From NCBI GenBank assembly GCA_024644345.1, contig JAHELE010000002.1, positions 15,585 to 79,584 of the forward strand: 64,000 bases of DNA, given 5' to 3'. Positions 1 to 9,341 of this stretch are shown piece by piece (the first letter of the stretch is position 1; the number at the start of each line of letters is the position of its first letter). The notes beneath the pieces are model-generated. The model was given only the letters and a program-made list of their open reading frames with translations, did no database searches and was not told where the DNA came from. The position numbers were made by a program, and so were the translations under genes. This DNA is from Actinomycetes bacterium. Its GTDB lineage: Bacteria; Actinomycetota; Actinomycetes; JAHEKZ01.

Positions 1-1673
1 ACCGGGATGATCATGGGCTTGCGACGGTGCGTGCTGCTCACCCACCGGCCAAGCGTGCGGCGGACCACCTGCTGCAGCTGGTGGGCCTCGCCGACGCCCC
101 GCCCGCCGGCCTCTTCGAGGGCGGCGGTGATCAGGGGCAGCACGTCGTCAAAGACCGAGTCGTCCTCGAGGAAGCCCCTGGCCGACACCACGGGTCCGCC
201 CACCACCTTGCCGGTCGCCGAGTCGACGACAACATGCACCGAGACGAAGCCCTCGGACCCGAGGATCCGACGGTCTTTCAGCGACGCCTCGGTGATATCG
301 CCCACCGACGCCCCGTCGACGTAGACGTAGCCGCAGGGGACCGCCCCGACAACGCGGGCGTGGCCGTCGACGAGGTCGACCACGACCCCGTCCTCGGCCA
401 TCGCGACGTTGCGCGACTCGACCCCGGTGGCGATTGCCAGATCGGCATTCGCCCGCAGGTGACGGATCTCGCCATGCACCGGCATCACGTTTGTGGGGCG
501 TACCAGGTTGTACAGATAGAGCAGCTCACCGGCAGCGGCGTGACCCGACACGTGCACCATCGCGTTTCCCTTGTGCACCACGGTGGCACCCCACCGCATC
601 AACCCGTTGATCACGCGGAACACCGCGTTCTCGTTGCCCGGAATGAGGGACGAAGCAAGGATCACGGTGTCATCGGGGCCGAGGACGATGCTGTGGTCAC
701 GTCCGGCGATACGCGAAAGAACCGCCATCGGCTCTCCCTGCGATCCGGTGCAGATCAGCACGACCCCGTCGTCCGGATGGTCATCGAGCGCTTTCACGTC
801 GACGACTGTGTCGGCGGGGATCGACAGGTATCCGAGGTCACGTGCGATCCCCATGTTGCGCACCATGGATCGGCCGACGAAGGCCACCTTGCGACGGTGC
901 GCCCTGGCAACGTCGATGATCTGCTGAACCCGGTGGATGTGCGAGGCAAAGGAGGCCACGATGATCCGACGCTCGCTCTGCGCGAAGTAGCGCTCCAGCA
1001 CGGGAACGATGTCCTTCTCGGAGGCGACGAACCCCGGTACCTCCGCGTTCGTCGAGTCGACCAGCATCAGGTCGACCCCCTCGTCGCCAAGGCGGGCAAA
1101 CGCCCGTAGGTCGGTCACGCGTCCATCGAGCGGCAACTGGTCCATCTTGAAGTCGCCGGTGTGCACGACCAGCTGGCCGGCCGGAGTCCGGATCGCGACT
1201 GCCAGGGCGTCGGGAATCGAGTGGTTCACCGCGATGAACTCGAGGTCGAACGGAGCCAGGGCAGTCCGATCACCCTCGGCAACAGTCGTGGCAACCGGGG
1301 TGATGCGGTGTTCCCGCAGCTTGGCTTCGAGGAAGGCGAGCGTCAGACGCGAACCGAACATGGGGATGTCCGGGCGCTCGCGCAGCAGGTAGGGGACGGC
1401 GCCGATGTGGTCTTCGTGCCCGTGCGTGAGGACCAGTCCCACGACGTCGTCGAGGCGTTCCCTGATGTAGTCGAAGTCAGGAAGGATCAAGTCGATTCCG
1501 GGCTGATCGTCCTCGGGGAAGAGCACGCCGCAGTCGACGATCAAGATCTTGCCGTCGAACTCGAAGACGGTCATGTTGCGCCCGATCTCGCCCAGTCCGC
1601 CGAGCGGCACGATCCGGAGCGCTCCCTGCGGGGCCGGAGGGGGCGAGCCGAGCTCGGGGTGGGGATGGCTCAT
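1..1673 (-). CDS. rnj: Ribonuclease J (metallo-beta-lactamase/beta-CASP); 3' end runs off the window
   Basis: Own minus-strand translation from ATG 1673: MSHPHPELGSPPPAPQGALRIVPLGGLGEIGRNMTVFEFDGKILIVDCGVLFPEDDQPGIDLILPDFDYIRERLDDVVGLVLTHGHEDHIGAVPYLL..., with the HGHEDH motif. The frame is still open at base 1 (...RTLGRWVSSTHRRKPMIIP), which is why the ORF track omits it. ATGA overlap with the dapA stop. The thyX-dapA-rnj order matches mycobacteria. Confidence 0.9.
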   Translation of the reverse strand, partial: MSHPHPELGSPPPAPQGALRIVPLGGLGEIGRNMTVFEFDGKILIVDCGVLFPEDDQPGIDLILPDFDYIRERLDDVVGLVLTHGHEDHIGAVPYLLRERPDIPMFGSRLTLAFLEAKLREHRITPVATTVAEGDRTALAPFDLEFIAVNHSIPDALAVAIRTPAGQLVVHTGDFKMDQLPLDGRVTDLRAFARLGDEGVDLMLVDSTNAEVPGFVASEKDIVPVLERYFAQSERRIIVASFASHIHRVQQIIDVARAHRRKVAFVGRSMVRNMGIARDLGYLSIPADTVVDVKALDDHPDDGVVLICTGSQGEPMAVLSRIAGRDHSIVLGPDDTVILASSLIPGNENAVFRVINGLMRWGATVVHKGNAMVHVSGHAAAGELLYLYNLVRPTNVMPVHGEIRHLRANADLAIATGVESRNVAMAEDGVVVDLVDGHARVVGAVPCGYVYVDGASVGDITEASLKDRRILGSEGFVSVHVVVDSATGKVVGGPVVSARGFLEDDSVFDDVLPLITAALEEAGGRGVGEAHQLQQVVRRTLGRWVSSTHRRKPMIIP

Positions 1674-2581
1674 GCAGTGAACCCCTCGACGCCGCCATCG
1701 GCCAGGTCGAGTGTCAAGGTGGCAAACTCTTCCTGGGTGAGGTCGACCAGAGGCGGACGTACCGCTCCCCCAATCACCCCGAGCTGCGAGAGCGCTGCCT
1801 TCACGGTCATGACCCCCTGGGTCCGGAAGATCCCCGTGTAGACCGGGAGGAGCCCGAGGTGCAGGCGCGTCGCCGTGAACACATCGCCCGACTCGTGGGC
1901 AGCCAACATCTCTCCGAGCCTGCGAGCGGCCAGGTGCCCTGCCACACTCACAAATCCCACTCCACCAACGCTGAGCAACGGAAGGTTGAGGACGTCCTCG
2001 CCCGAGTACCACGCCAGGTTGCTGCGCGAGATCGCCCACGATGAGGCGGCCAGGTCGCCCTTGGCGTCCTTCACCGCAACGATCCTCTCGTGCTCAGCGG
2101 CCCGCACCATGGTCTCGACGTCGATCGCCACCCCGGTGCGGCCCGGTATGTCGTAGAGCATGACGGGCAGCTCGGTGGAGTCGGCCACCATCGTGAGGTG
2201 CCGAAGCACCCCTTCCTGAGGCGGCCGGTTGTAGTACGGGGACACAACCAGGAGACCGTGCGCCCCCGCCTTCGCCGCCAGCCTGGCGCGCTCGCTTGCA
2301 TGGACCGGGTCGTTGCTGCTGGCCCCGGCGATGACGATGGCCCGGTCTCCGACCGCCTCGACCACCGCGCGCACGACCATCTCTTGTTCATGGTCAGTGG
2401 TGGTCGGTGACTCGCCGGTCGTTCCATTGACGACCAGCCCGTCGTTGCCTTGGTCGACGAGGTAGGTGGCCAGCACCTGCACCGCGTCGAGGTCGAGCGA
2501 GAGGTCGTCACGGAAGGGGGTCACCATGGCCGTGAGGACCCGCCCCAGGGGGGCGATCTGGGAGGCTGCCTGCTGGCTCAT
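1670..2581 (-). CDS. dapA: 4-hydroxy-tetrahydrodipicolinate synthase
   Basis: 303-aa ORF with ...MVTPF...NGTTGESPT... and VKDAKGD (DapA/DHDPS hallmarks). The stop overlaps the rnj start. Confidence 0.93.
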   Translation of the reverse strand: MSQQAASQIAPLGRVLTAMVTPFRDDLSLDLDAVQVLATYLVDQGNDGLVVNGTTGESPTTTDHEQEMVVRAVVEAVGDRAIVIAGASSNDPVHASERARLAAKAGAHGLLVVSPYYNRPPQEGVLRHLTMVADSTELPVMLYDIPGRTGVAIDVETMVRAAEHERIVAVKDAKGDLAASSWAISRSNLAWYSGEDVLNLPLLSVGGVGFVSVAGHLAARRLGEMLAAHESGDVFTATRLHLGLLPVYTGIFRTQGVMTVKAALSQLGVIGGAVRPPLVDLTQEEFATLTLDLADGGVEGFTA

Positions 2582-2704
2582 GACGGCAGGCTATCGGCCA
2601 TCACCGGCGGACGACCGGCAGGACCCCGCCACCACCCGCTCGGGGGATCGGTCGGTGACGGGGTCTATTCGTGATCGCTCCCCGGGTACGGCGTGTTACA
2701 GCCG

Positions 2705-3427
2705 CTAGGGCGAGACGCGCCCCGCTGCCTCGAAGGCGGCGTGGGTCACCGGCATGAGCTCGGCCCAGATCGACTCCATCTGCTCGGCCACCATCTCGAT
2801 CTCGCGCTGCGGGTACGAAGGGTAGGCAGAGCCCTCTCGCTTGGTGCGCAGCGACAGGAAGTTCATCAAGGACCGGGCATTCATCGTCACGTACATCGAC
2901 GAGTAGGTCGCGACGGGCAGCACTCCCCTCGCCACCTCCCTGGCGACCCCCCTGTCGAGCATCACCTGGTATGCGCGATAGGCGCTGGTACACGCCTGCT
3001 TGGTCTGCTCGACCACCGTGGCGTGCTGCTCGGCGGTACCGTCGACGAAGACGTAGTGGCCAGGTTTTCCTTCCTGGACCAGCTTGCGCTCTGGCGACGG
3101 AACGTAGAAGACCGGACGCAGCTCGCGATAGCGACCGGACTCTTCGTTGTACGAAGCAATCCGGTGCCGCATGAACTCGCGGAAGACGAAGATCGGCGCC
3201 TGCACGTAGAACGTCATCGAGTTGTGCTCGAAAGGTGAACCGTGACGCTCCCGCATCAGGTACCGGATCAAGCCATCGGACCGGCCCGCGTCTGCGTCGA
3301 TGTCGTCGAGTGACTGTTCACCGAGCGTTGACACCCTGGCAGCAAAGAGCACATCGGCGTCCTGGGCGGACGAACGCACCAACTCGACGGTCATGTCGCT
3401 ACGAAACTGCATCTCGGCATCACTCAC
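2705..3427 (-). CDS. thyX: FAD-dependent thymidylate synthase
   Basis: 240 aa. RHRIASYNEESGRY fits the ThyX motif RHRxxSxxxxSxR. It lies directly upstream of dapA. Confidence 0.93.
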   Translation of the reverse strand: MSDAEMQFRSDMTVELVRSSAQDADVLFAARVSTLGEQSLDDIDADAGRSDGLIRYLMRERHGSPFEHNSMTFYVQAPIFVFREFMRHRIASYNEESGRYRELRPVFYVPSPERKLVQEGKPGHYVFVDGTAEQHATVVEQTKQACTSAYRAYQVMLDRGVAREVARGVLPVATYSSMYVTMNARSLMNFLSLRTKREGSAYPSYPQREIEMVAEQMESIWAELMPVTHAAFEAAGRVSP

Positions 3428-3436
3428 GAGCTCACC

Positions 3437-4567
3437 CTAGCGATCGGTGAACCGGGCGAGGCCGAGGGCGGCAACATCTGCGGCGACCGGGCCGGGCATC
3501 GGGCTGTCGTCGACCAAGTTGGCCAGCACCTCACCGAACAAGGGCAAGAACTTAAAGCCCTGTCCGCTGTCCCCGCAGGCCACCACCACGGCTCCGACCC
3601 GGTCCACCACGAACTGGTCGTCCGGTGAGTCGGTCCACGAGCAGATCTCTGAGCGCACCACCTCTGAGTCGAACGCCGGCAGCTCGTAGCGCAGGCGTTC
3701 GACGGACTCGCGCTCTCGGGCGAGGTCCGGTTGACGGTCGAGGTCGCCCTCGACGAAGGGGCGTAAGGGCGTGTCGATGCCCACCTTGAACCCGACACCA
3801 GGCGTCGGCATCGCGTAGAAGCCGAAGGACGACCCGTCGAGTGGCGCGTCCACGATGGCGGGTCGGCTCTGCCACGGGATGTCCGCGCCACCGCGTACGT
3901 AGGTGACCTGCTCGAGGACGGGCGTGAGCTGCACGCTGGCCCCCAGAGCGTCCAGGAACTGCCCGGCCCACGGCCCCGCAGCGATCACGACCCGGTCGGC
4001 CGACCACTCCCGGCGCGCCCCGGCCACCTCGGCCACCACGCGGACGCCTCCTGGCGCGTTGGGGTCGACGTCCACCACCCGGGCATCGGGCACGAGCCGA
4101 CCACCGCCGGCGGCGAACTCGGAGGCCACCGCCTGCAGGGCCTGGTCGGCGAGGACTGCGCCGGCCTCCGGTTGCCAGACCGCTCCACTCTCGTCGTCCC
4201 ACCTCAGCTCGGGAAAGAGGGTCGCCTGCCGCGAGCGGTCGATCCGTTCATGGTCGACACCCTCGTCAGCGAGCGCCTGTTGCACCTCGTCCACCAGCCC
4301 GCCTCGCCAGATCAGTCCGGTCTGCAGCCGAAGGGACCGGCCGGCCCGCTGCTCCAGTCGTGCCCACAGGGTGTGGTTCCACTTGGCCAGCCGCACCTGG
4401 TCGCGGACTGGGTGAGCGAGCCGGAAGATCCGGGTTGCGCCACTGGAGCTGGCGATCAGGTTGCCGACGCCGAACCGGTCGAGCGCCACGACGTCGTGGC
4501 CCCGAGCCGACAGCTCAGCGGCCGCTGAGAGCCCCATGACCCCGGCACCCACCACGACCACGCGCAT
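3437..4567 (-). CDS. FAD-dependent oxidoreductase (DAO / monomeric sarcosine oxidase-like); substrate unknown
   Basis: 376 aa with an N-terminal Rossmann motif VVVVGAGVMGLSAA (GxGxxG). The layout is typical of amine-oxidising flavoproteins. Confidence 0.75.
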   Translation of the reverse strand: MRVVVVGAGVMGLSAAAELSARGHDVVALDRFGVGNLIASSSGATRIFRLAHPVRDQVRLAKWNHTLWARLEQRAGRSLRLQTGLIWRGGLVDEVQQALADEGVDHERIDRSRQATLFPELRWDDESGAVWQPEAGAVLADQALQAVASEFAAGGGRLVPDARVVDVDPNAPGGVRVVAEVAGARREWSADRVVIAAGPWAGQFLDALGASVQLTPVLEQVTYVRGGADIPWQSRPAIVDAPLDGSSFGFYAMPTPGVGFKVGIDTPLRPFVEGDLDRQPDLARERESVERLRYELPAFDSEVVRSEICSWTDSPDDQFVVDRVGAVVVACGDSGQGFKFLPLFGEVLANLVDDSPMPGPVAADVAALGLARFTDR

Positions 4568-4644
4568 GGCGCGACCCTACGGGCCGCTCCTCCGTGGAGC
4601 CACCACGAGGCAGGCACGCAGGTGCCCCCTGCGAGGATGCGGCC

Positions 4645-5199
4645 ATGGCAGACGTGTTCGCGCGACCAGCCAGGCTGATCGACGCAGCCGGCTTTGCTGC
4701 TGTCCAACGACGCAGCTGGTTGGCCGCGGGTGAGGAGCTCGACCTTCCGATACCACCGGACGCCGCCGAGATGGAGCGCTCCTGGGAGCGGGCCATCATG
4801 GCTCCGCCCAGCGACCGGCACTCCACCTGGGTGGCCATCGAGGCAGCGGCCCCTGGCGACGAAGGCGATGTGGTCGTCGGTATCGCGGCCCTGGCACCGG
4901 TGGCCGAACCCGATCTCGACTCCGACAGCTGCCTCGAGCTGGTCGTGTTCACCGTCGACCCCGAGCATCGTGGCCGGGGCCATGGCTCGCGGCTGCTCAC
5001 AGCGGCGATGCAGACTGCTGCCGACGCCGATGAGCGGGAAGCGGTCGTCTGGGTCGCCAGCACCGACGACGCGTTGCGACGCTTTCTGGAAAAAGCGGGG
5101 TGGGCAGCAGACGGAGCGCACCGGACCCTCGCCACCGACGACGAGACGCAACGGCTCCGGCAGGTGCGCATGGGCACCGCCCTGGGGTCGCCAGCTTGA
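4645..5199 (+). CDS. GNAT family N-acetyltransferase
   Basis: The tracked ORF is 4594..5199. I prefer ATG 4645 (MADVFARP...). The acetyl-CoA binding pattern is VDPEHRGRGHGSRLL. Confidence 0.75.
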   Translation: MADVFARPARLIDAAGFAAVQRRSWLAAGEELDLPIPPDAAEMERSWERAIMAPPSDRHSTWVAIEAAAPGDEGDVVVGIAALAPVAEPDLDSDSCLELVVFTVDPEHRGRGHGSRLLTAAMQTAADADEREAVVWVASTDDALRRFLEKAGWAADGAHRTLATDDETQRLRQVRMGTALGSPA

Positions 5200-5918
5200 T
5201 GACTGGCCCGTCCGATGACCAACAGAAGCGGACCGCCGTACGCCGGCAGGCGTGGGGCGTCGGCGTGGCGGTCGGCGCCTACGGCCTCGGGTTCGGGGCC
5301 TTGGCGGTGGCCAACGGGTTCACCGTGCTGCAGGCCATGGCGCTCAGCTCACTCGTCTTCACCGGCGCATCGCAGTTCGCCCTGATCGGTGTGGTGGGAG
5401 CAGGTGGAGCGGCAGCATCCGGCGTCCTGGCTGCGCTCGTGGTCGGAGCGAGGAACGCCTTCTACGGTCTGCGGCTGGCGCCACTGCTGGACGTGCGCGG
5501 AGGGAGACGCCTGCTGGCGGCCCAGCTCACGCTCGACGAGTCGACGGCGGTCTCGATCTCGCAGCCTTCGTCGATGCTCGCTCGTACCGGCTTCTGGACG
5601 ACGGGTATCGCCGTCTTCGTCTGCTGGAACATCGCCACTATCGCAGGAGCCCTGGCGGTCGACCAGGTCTCCGACCCCCGGGTGATCGGACTCGATGCGG
5701 CCGTGGGGGCGGCGTTCCTCGCCCTGCTGTGGCCCCAGCTGACCACCCGAACAGCCAGGGCAGTGGCCGGCGGCTCGGCCATCCTTGCCCTGGCACTCAC
5801 CCCCCTCATCCCACCCGGGCTCCCCGTCCTCGCGGCCGCCGCCATCGGCCTCGCGTTCGCCTGGCCCGAAGACGCCCACCCGGGCCGCAACGACCGGCCG
5901 GAGGTGGGCGATGAGTGA
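5199..5918 (+). CDS. azlC: AzlC-family branched-chain amino acid exporter subunit
   Basis: The tracked ORF is 5100..5918. ATG 5199 (MTGPSDD...) overlaps the GNAT stop (TGATG). It is a multi-TM protein with ...LVFTGASQFALIG... and is followed by azlD. Confidence 0.8.
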   Translation: MTGPSDDQQKRTAVRRQAWGVGVAVGAYGLGFGALAVANGFTVLQAMALSSLVFTGASQFALIGVVGAGGAAASGVLAALVVGARNAFYGLRLAPLLDVRGGRRLLAAQLTLDESTAVSISQPSSMLARTGFWTTGIAVFVCWNIATIAGALAVDQVSDPRVIGLDAAVGAAFLALLWPQLTTRTARAVAGGSAILALALTPLIPPGLPVLAAAAIGLAFAWPEDAHPGRNDRPEVGDE

Positions 5919-6222
5919 GCTGTGGTGGGCGATCGGTGCGCTCGCGATCGGAGGCTTTGCCCTGAAGGCATCGGGGTACTTCGTCCCCGAGTGGGTGCTG
6001 GAGCAGCCCCGGGTGACCCGCATCGCCCTCCTGACCCCGGTGGCCCTGCTGGCGGCTCTGACCGCTGTCCAGATCTTCGGACAGGGCCAGAGCCTGGTGG
6101 TGGACGCCCGGGTCGCCGGACTGGTCTTCGCCGTCGGTGCCCTGCTGCTCCGCGCCCCGTTCCTCGTCGTGGTGGTCGGCGCCGCGGTGGTCGCCGCCCT
6201 AGTGCGCCTGATCGCCGGCTGA
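5911..6222 (+). CDS. azlD: AzlD-family small membrane protein
   Basis: ATG 5911 (MSELWWAIGALAIGGFALK...) overlaps azlC by 8 nt. It is about 103 aa and hydrophobic. Confidence 0.75.
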   Translation: MSELWWAIGALAIGGFALKASGYFVPEWVLEQPRVTRIALLTPVALLAALTAVQIFGQGQSLVVDARVAGLVFAVGALLLRAPFLVVVVGAAVVAALVRLIAG

Positions 6223-6238
6223 GGGGCAGGATGACCAT

Positions 6239-6802
6239 ATGAGCCATTGGTTCACCGGCTGGAAGCTCTGGCCCGACCGCCCCAAGGGGCCGGTCGGTGA
6301 CGCCTACCGACAGGTCGTGTGGATCCGTCCCTACCGGCCCGGCCCGCTTCGGGTACTGGTCGCGATCATCGGAATCTTCATCACGTCAGTTCCGGCCTTC
6401 CTGTCATTCTCGGTGCTGCTCAGTCCTGGCCCGGTGTTCGCGCGGCTGGTCTACGGGGTCGCCTTCGGCCTGATCGCTACCGGGTTGGCGATTGCGGTCA
6501 CCCGGTTCTTCGCCGTGGGGGTCTACGTCAACGACGCCGGCGTCCGCATCCTGACCATGCGAGCCATGGCCGTGTTCCCCTGGCGTCTGGTGACCGATGT
6601 CTCCACGACGTCGGTGACCGGCGACCCGGCCGGTGCCGGCAACCGCGTGGTGATCACCGTCCGCGACGAAGGTCCGATCGCGACACCGGTGCATCGACGC
6701 AGCCCAGACTTCCTCGGACGGCCAGAACCGTTCGCCATGGCCTCACTGGCGATCGAGCGCTGGTGGCGCGACGCCAGCCGGATGGGTGACGTCGCCGACT
6801 AG
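6239..6802 (+). CDS. Hypothetical membrane protein
   Basis: 187 aa. Two hydrophobic helices (VLVAIIGIFITSVPAFLSF, VYGVAFGLIATGLAIAV) are followed by a soluble domain. Codons are GC3-rich. I recognise no family. Confidence 0.55.
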   Translation: MSHWFTGWKLWPDRPKGPVGDAYRQVVWIRPYRPGPLRVLVAIIGIFITSVPAFLSFSVLLSPGPVFARLVYGVAFGLIATGLAIAVTRFFAVGVYVNDAGVRILTMRAMAVFPWRLVTDVSTTSVTGDPAGAGNRVVITVRDEGPIATPVHRRSPDFLGRPEPFAMASLAIERWWRDASRMGDVAD

Positions 6803-7236
6803 CCCCGGTAGCGGTCGATTGCGGTCCGCATGGCCACACGGGCACGCCGCCGGTCACCGGCGTCGTCGTAGGCAACGGCGAGCCGGAACCAGGCACCCCA
6901 GTCGTCCGGATCGGCTTCGACCTCACGTTGTCGCTCGGCAAACCGGGCATCAGCTGCGGCCCGTTCGACACGACCACCGGGAGTGCGGGGCAGATCGTTC
7001 TCAGGGAGCTGGTCGGTCGTGGCCAGTGCCCGCCCCAGCTCAGCAGTACGTAGGCCGAACTGCAGCTCGCGCACGACCACCCACACTCCGATGACCGGGA
7101 GAGCAATGAGTGCTACTCCCAGCACGACGGGAACCGGCTCGGCGCTGCGGATCAGCACCCACGAACGCTGCGCGATGAAGAGCAGGTAGAAGCCGCAGGC
7201 AGCGGCCAGCACAAACGCGGCGATGCGAGCCCTCAT
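6799..7236 (-). CDS. Hypothetical membrane protein with a TPR-like C-terminus
   Basis: The tracked ORF 6799..7815 runs into dapB. The credible start is ATG 7236 (MRARIAAFVLAAACGFYLLF...), giving 145 aa. It has two TM helices plus ...WFRLAVAYDDAGDRRRARVAM.... Confidence 0.55.
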   Translation of the reverse strand: MRARIAAFVLAAACGFYLLFIAQRSWVLIRSAEPVPVVLGVALIALPVIGVWVVVRELQFGLRTAELGRALATTDQLPENDLPRTPGGRVERAAADARFAERQREVEADPDDWGAWFRLAVAYDDAGDRRRARVAMRTAIDRYRG

Positions 7237-7246
7237 CGCGACTCGC

Positions 7247-8008
7247 TCACGAAGGGTCGGGAAGGCCCAGCAACGGCTCGATCCCCACGGTGAGGCCCGG
7301 GCGATCGACGACCTGGCGGACCGCAAGCAGCACGCCGGGCATGAAGCCGGCGCGGTCGAGCGAGTCATGCCGGAGGGTGAGGATCTCACCGGCATTCCCC
7401 AGTACGACCTCTTCGTGCGCGACCGCACCGCGCAGACGAACGGAGTGGACCGGAATGCCGTCGACCAGGGCGCCCCTGGCACCAGGCAGTGCCCGAGACG
7501 TCGCGTCAGGAGCCGGTGAGATGCCTGCGGAGCGACGAGCCTCGGCAACGGTCTGGGCGGTGTGGACAGCTGTTCCACTGGGCGCATCGACCTTGTCGGG
7601 GTGATGCGTCTCGACGATCTCGACGGACGCGAAGTGAGGAGCTGCCTCACGAGCGAAACGCATGAGCAGAACCGCACCAATCGCGAAGTTGGGCGCGATG
7701 ACGACACCGAGCCCGGGCGAGCGCTCTGCCAAAGCGCCGACCTGCGCCAGGCGATGGGCATCGAACCCGCTCGTGCCGACCACGACATGCATGCCGTACC
7801 CCAGGGCTGCCTCAACCGTGCCCATGACGGCGTCGGGCACCGTGAAGTCGACCAGCACCTGGGCGCCTGCGGCCACTGCGTCAGCCAGTGAGTCGGAACG
7901 GTCGATCCGCGCCACCAGGCTCAGATCGTCGGCCTCGTCGATGGCTGTACACGTCTGCCGACCCATCCGTCCGGCGGCACCGACCACGGCCACCCGCAGC
8001 GAGGTCAC
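7247..8008 (-). CDS. dapB: 4-hydroxy-tetrahydrodipicolinate reductase
   Basis: VAVVGAAGRMGR dinucleotide motif and the ETHHPDKVDAPSGTA signature. GTG start at 8008 overlaps the upstream stop (GTGA). Confidence 0.93.
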   Translation of the reverse strand: MTSLRVAVVGAAGRMGRQTCTAIDEADDLSLVARIDRSDSLADAVAAGAQVLVDFTVPDAVMGTVEAALGYGMHVVVGTSGFDAHRLAQVGALAERSPGLGVVIAPNFAIGAVLLMRFAREAAPHFASVEIVETHHPDKVDAPSGTAVHTAQTVAEARRSAGISPAPDATSRALPGARGALVDGIPVHSVRLRGAVAHEEVVLGNAGEILTLRHDSLDRAGFMPGVLLAVRQVVDRPGLTVGIEPLLGLPDPS

Positions 8009-9324
8009 GATGCCACCGCGCCCGAGAAGTCGTGCTCGGCGTCGAAGGGGCCGATCACCGCCAGCGTGGGCACGACATCGAGCACGTCGGACGCCACCTC
8101 TCGGATGTCGTCGAGCGTGACCGCCGCGATCCGGTTCAGGATCTCATCAAGGGAGAGCATCTCGCCGTAGACCAGCTCGCTCTTGCCGATCCGGTTCATG
8201 CGCGACCCAGTGTCTTCCATGCCGAGCACCAGCGATCCCCGCAGCTGCCCCTTGCCGCGTTCCAGCTCTTCGGCGGTGACCCCGCGGTGGCACACCCGCT
8301 GCATCTCGGCCCGACAGAGGTCAAGCACGTCGTCGACCTTCTTCGGCAGACAACCGGCGTAGACACCGAACAGGCCGGCGTCGGAGTACTGAGCGTGGTA
8401 GGAGTAGACCGAGTAGGCCAGCCCACGCTTCTCGCGCACCTCTTGGAACAGCCGGCTGGACATCCCGCCCCCTAGCGCACTGTTGAGCACCCCGAGTGCG
8501 AAACGTCGTGGGTCGTTGCGGTCTACACCCGGCACGCCGAGAACCAGGTTGACCTGTTCGGACGCTCGCGGCATCACCAGCACCTGGCCGCCACGCTGCG
8601 GACGCGGCTGCGCACGGCGCACCCGATGGTCGCCTGCCACGTCTGCGGTGAGGTCCACTCCCCCGGCTGCGAAAGCTTTCTTCACCGCCCGCACCACGGC
8701 AGCGTGCTCAAGGTTGCCGGCAGCAGCCACCACGATGTTCTCCTGGCGGTACCAGCGACGGTAGTAGCGGCGAACCGTGTCGCGGTTCAGCGTGGTGATC
8801 GACTCGGAGGAACCGAGAATCGGACGACCGAGAGGGGTGTCGCCGAAGACGGACTCGGCGAAGGCGTCGTGCACGACATCCCCGGGATCGTCGTCGTGCA
8901 TGGCGATCTCTTCGAGGATGACGCCGCGTTCGGACTCGAAGTCAGGCCCGGTGATGGTCGACGACAGCACCATGTCGGTGACCACGTCGACCGCGGTCGG
9001 AAGATCGGCGTCGAGGACGCGGGCGTAGAAGCAGGTGAACTCTTTGGCGGTGAAGGCATTCATCTCGCCGCCCAGGCGGTCGATGGACGCCGATATGTCC
9101 AGCGCGCTGCGCTGGTTGGTGCCCTTGAAGAGCAGGTGCTCGAGGTAGTGACTGGCGCCGGCTTGTTTGCCGGACTCGTCTCGTGACCCCACGCCCACCC
9201 AGATGCCGAACGACACCGACCGAACCGTAGGCACCGCCTCGGTCACCACCCGCAACCCACCGGGGAGAACGGTGCGCTTCACAACGCTGCCGTCCTTGCC
9301 CCGGTGGAGAGTGCGGGTGCTCAC
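8005..9324 (-). CDS. M16 (pitrilysin) family zinc peptidase
   Basis: HYLEH (HxxEH) zinc motif. 439 aa from GTG 9324 (VSTRTLHRGKDGSVVKRTVLPGGLRV...). The tracked ORF 8005..10155 over-extends into pnp. Confidence 0.88.
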   Translation of the reverse strand: MSTRTLHRGKDGSVVKRTVLPGGLRVVTEAVPTVRSVSFGIWVGVGSRDESGKQAGASHYLEHLLFKGTNQRSALDISASIDRLGGEMNAFTAKEFTCFYARVLDADLPTAVDVVTDMVLSSTITGPDFESERGVILEEIAMHDDDPGDVVHDAFAESVFGDTPLGRPILGSSESITTLNRDTVRRYYRRWYRQENIVVAAAGNLEHAAVVRAVKKAFAAGGVDLTADVAGDHRVRRAQPRPQRGGQVLVMPRASEQVNLVLGVPGVDRNDPRRFALGVLNSALGGGMSSRLFQEVREKRGLAYSVYSYHAQYSDAGLFGVYAGCLPKKVDDVLDLCRAEMQRVCHRGVTAEELERGKGQLRGSLVLGMEDTGSRMNRIGKSELVYGEMLSLDEILNRIAAVTLDDIREVASDVLDVVPTLAVIGPFDAEHDFSGAVAS

Positions 9325-9341
9325 GTCAGTTCGAACCTGAC

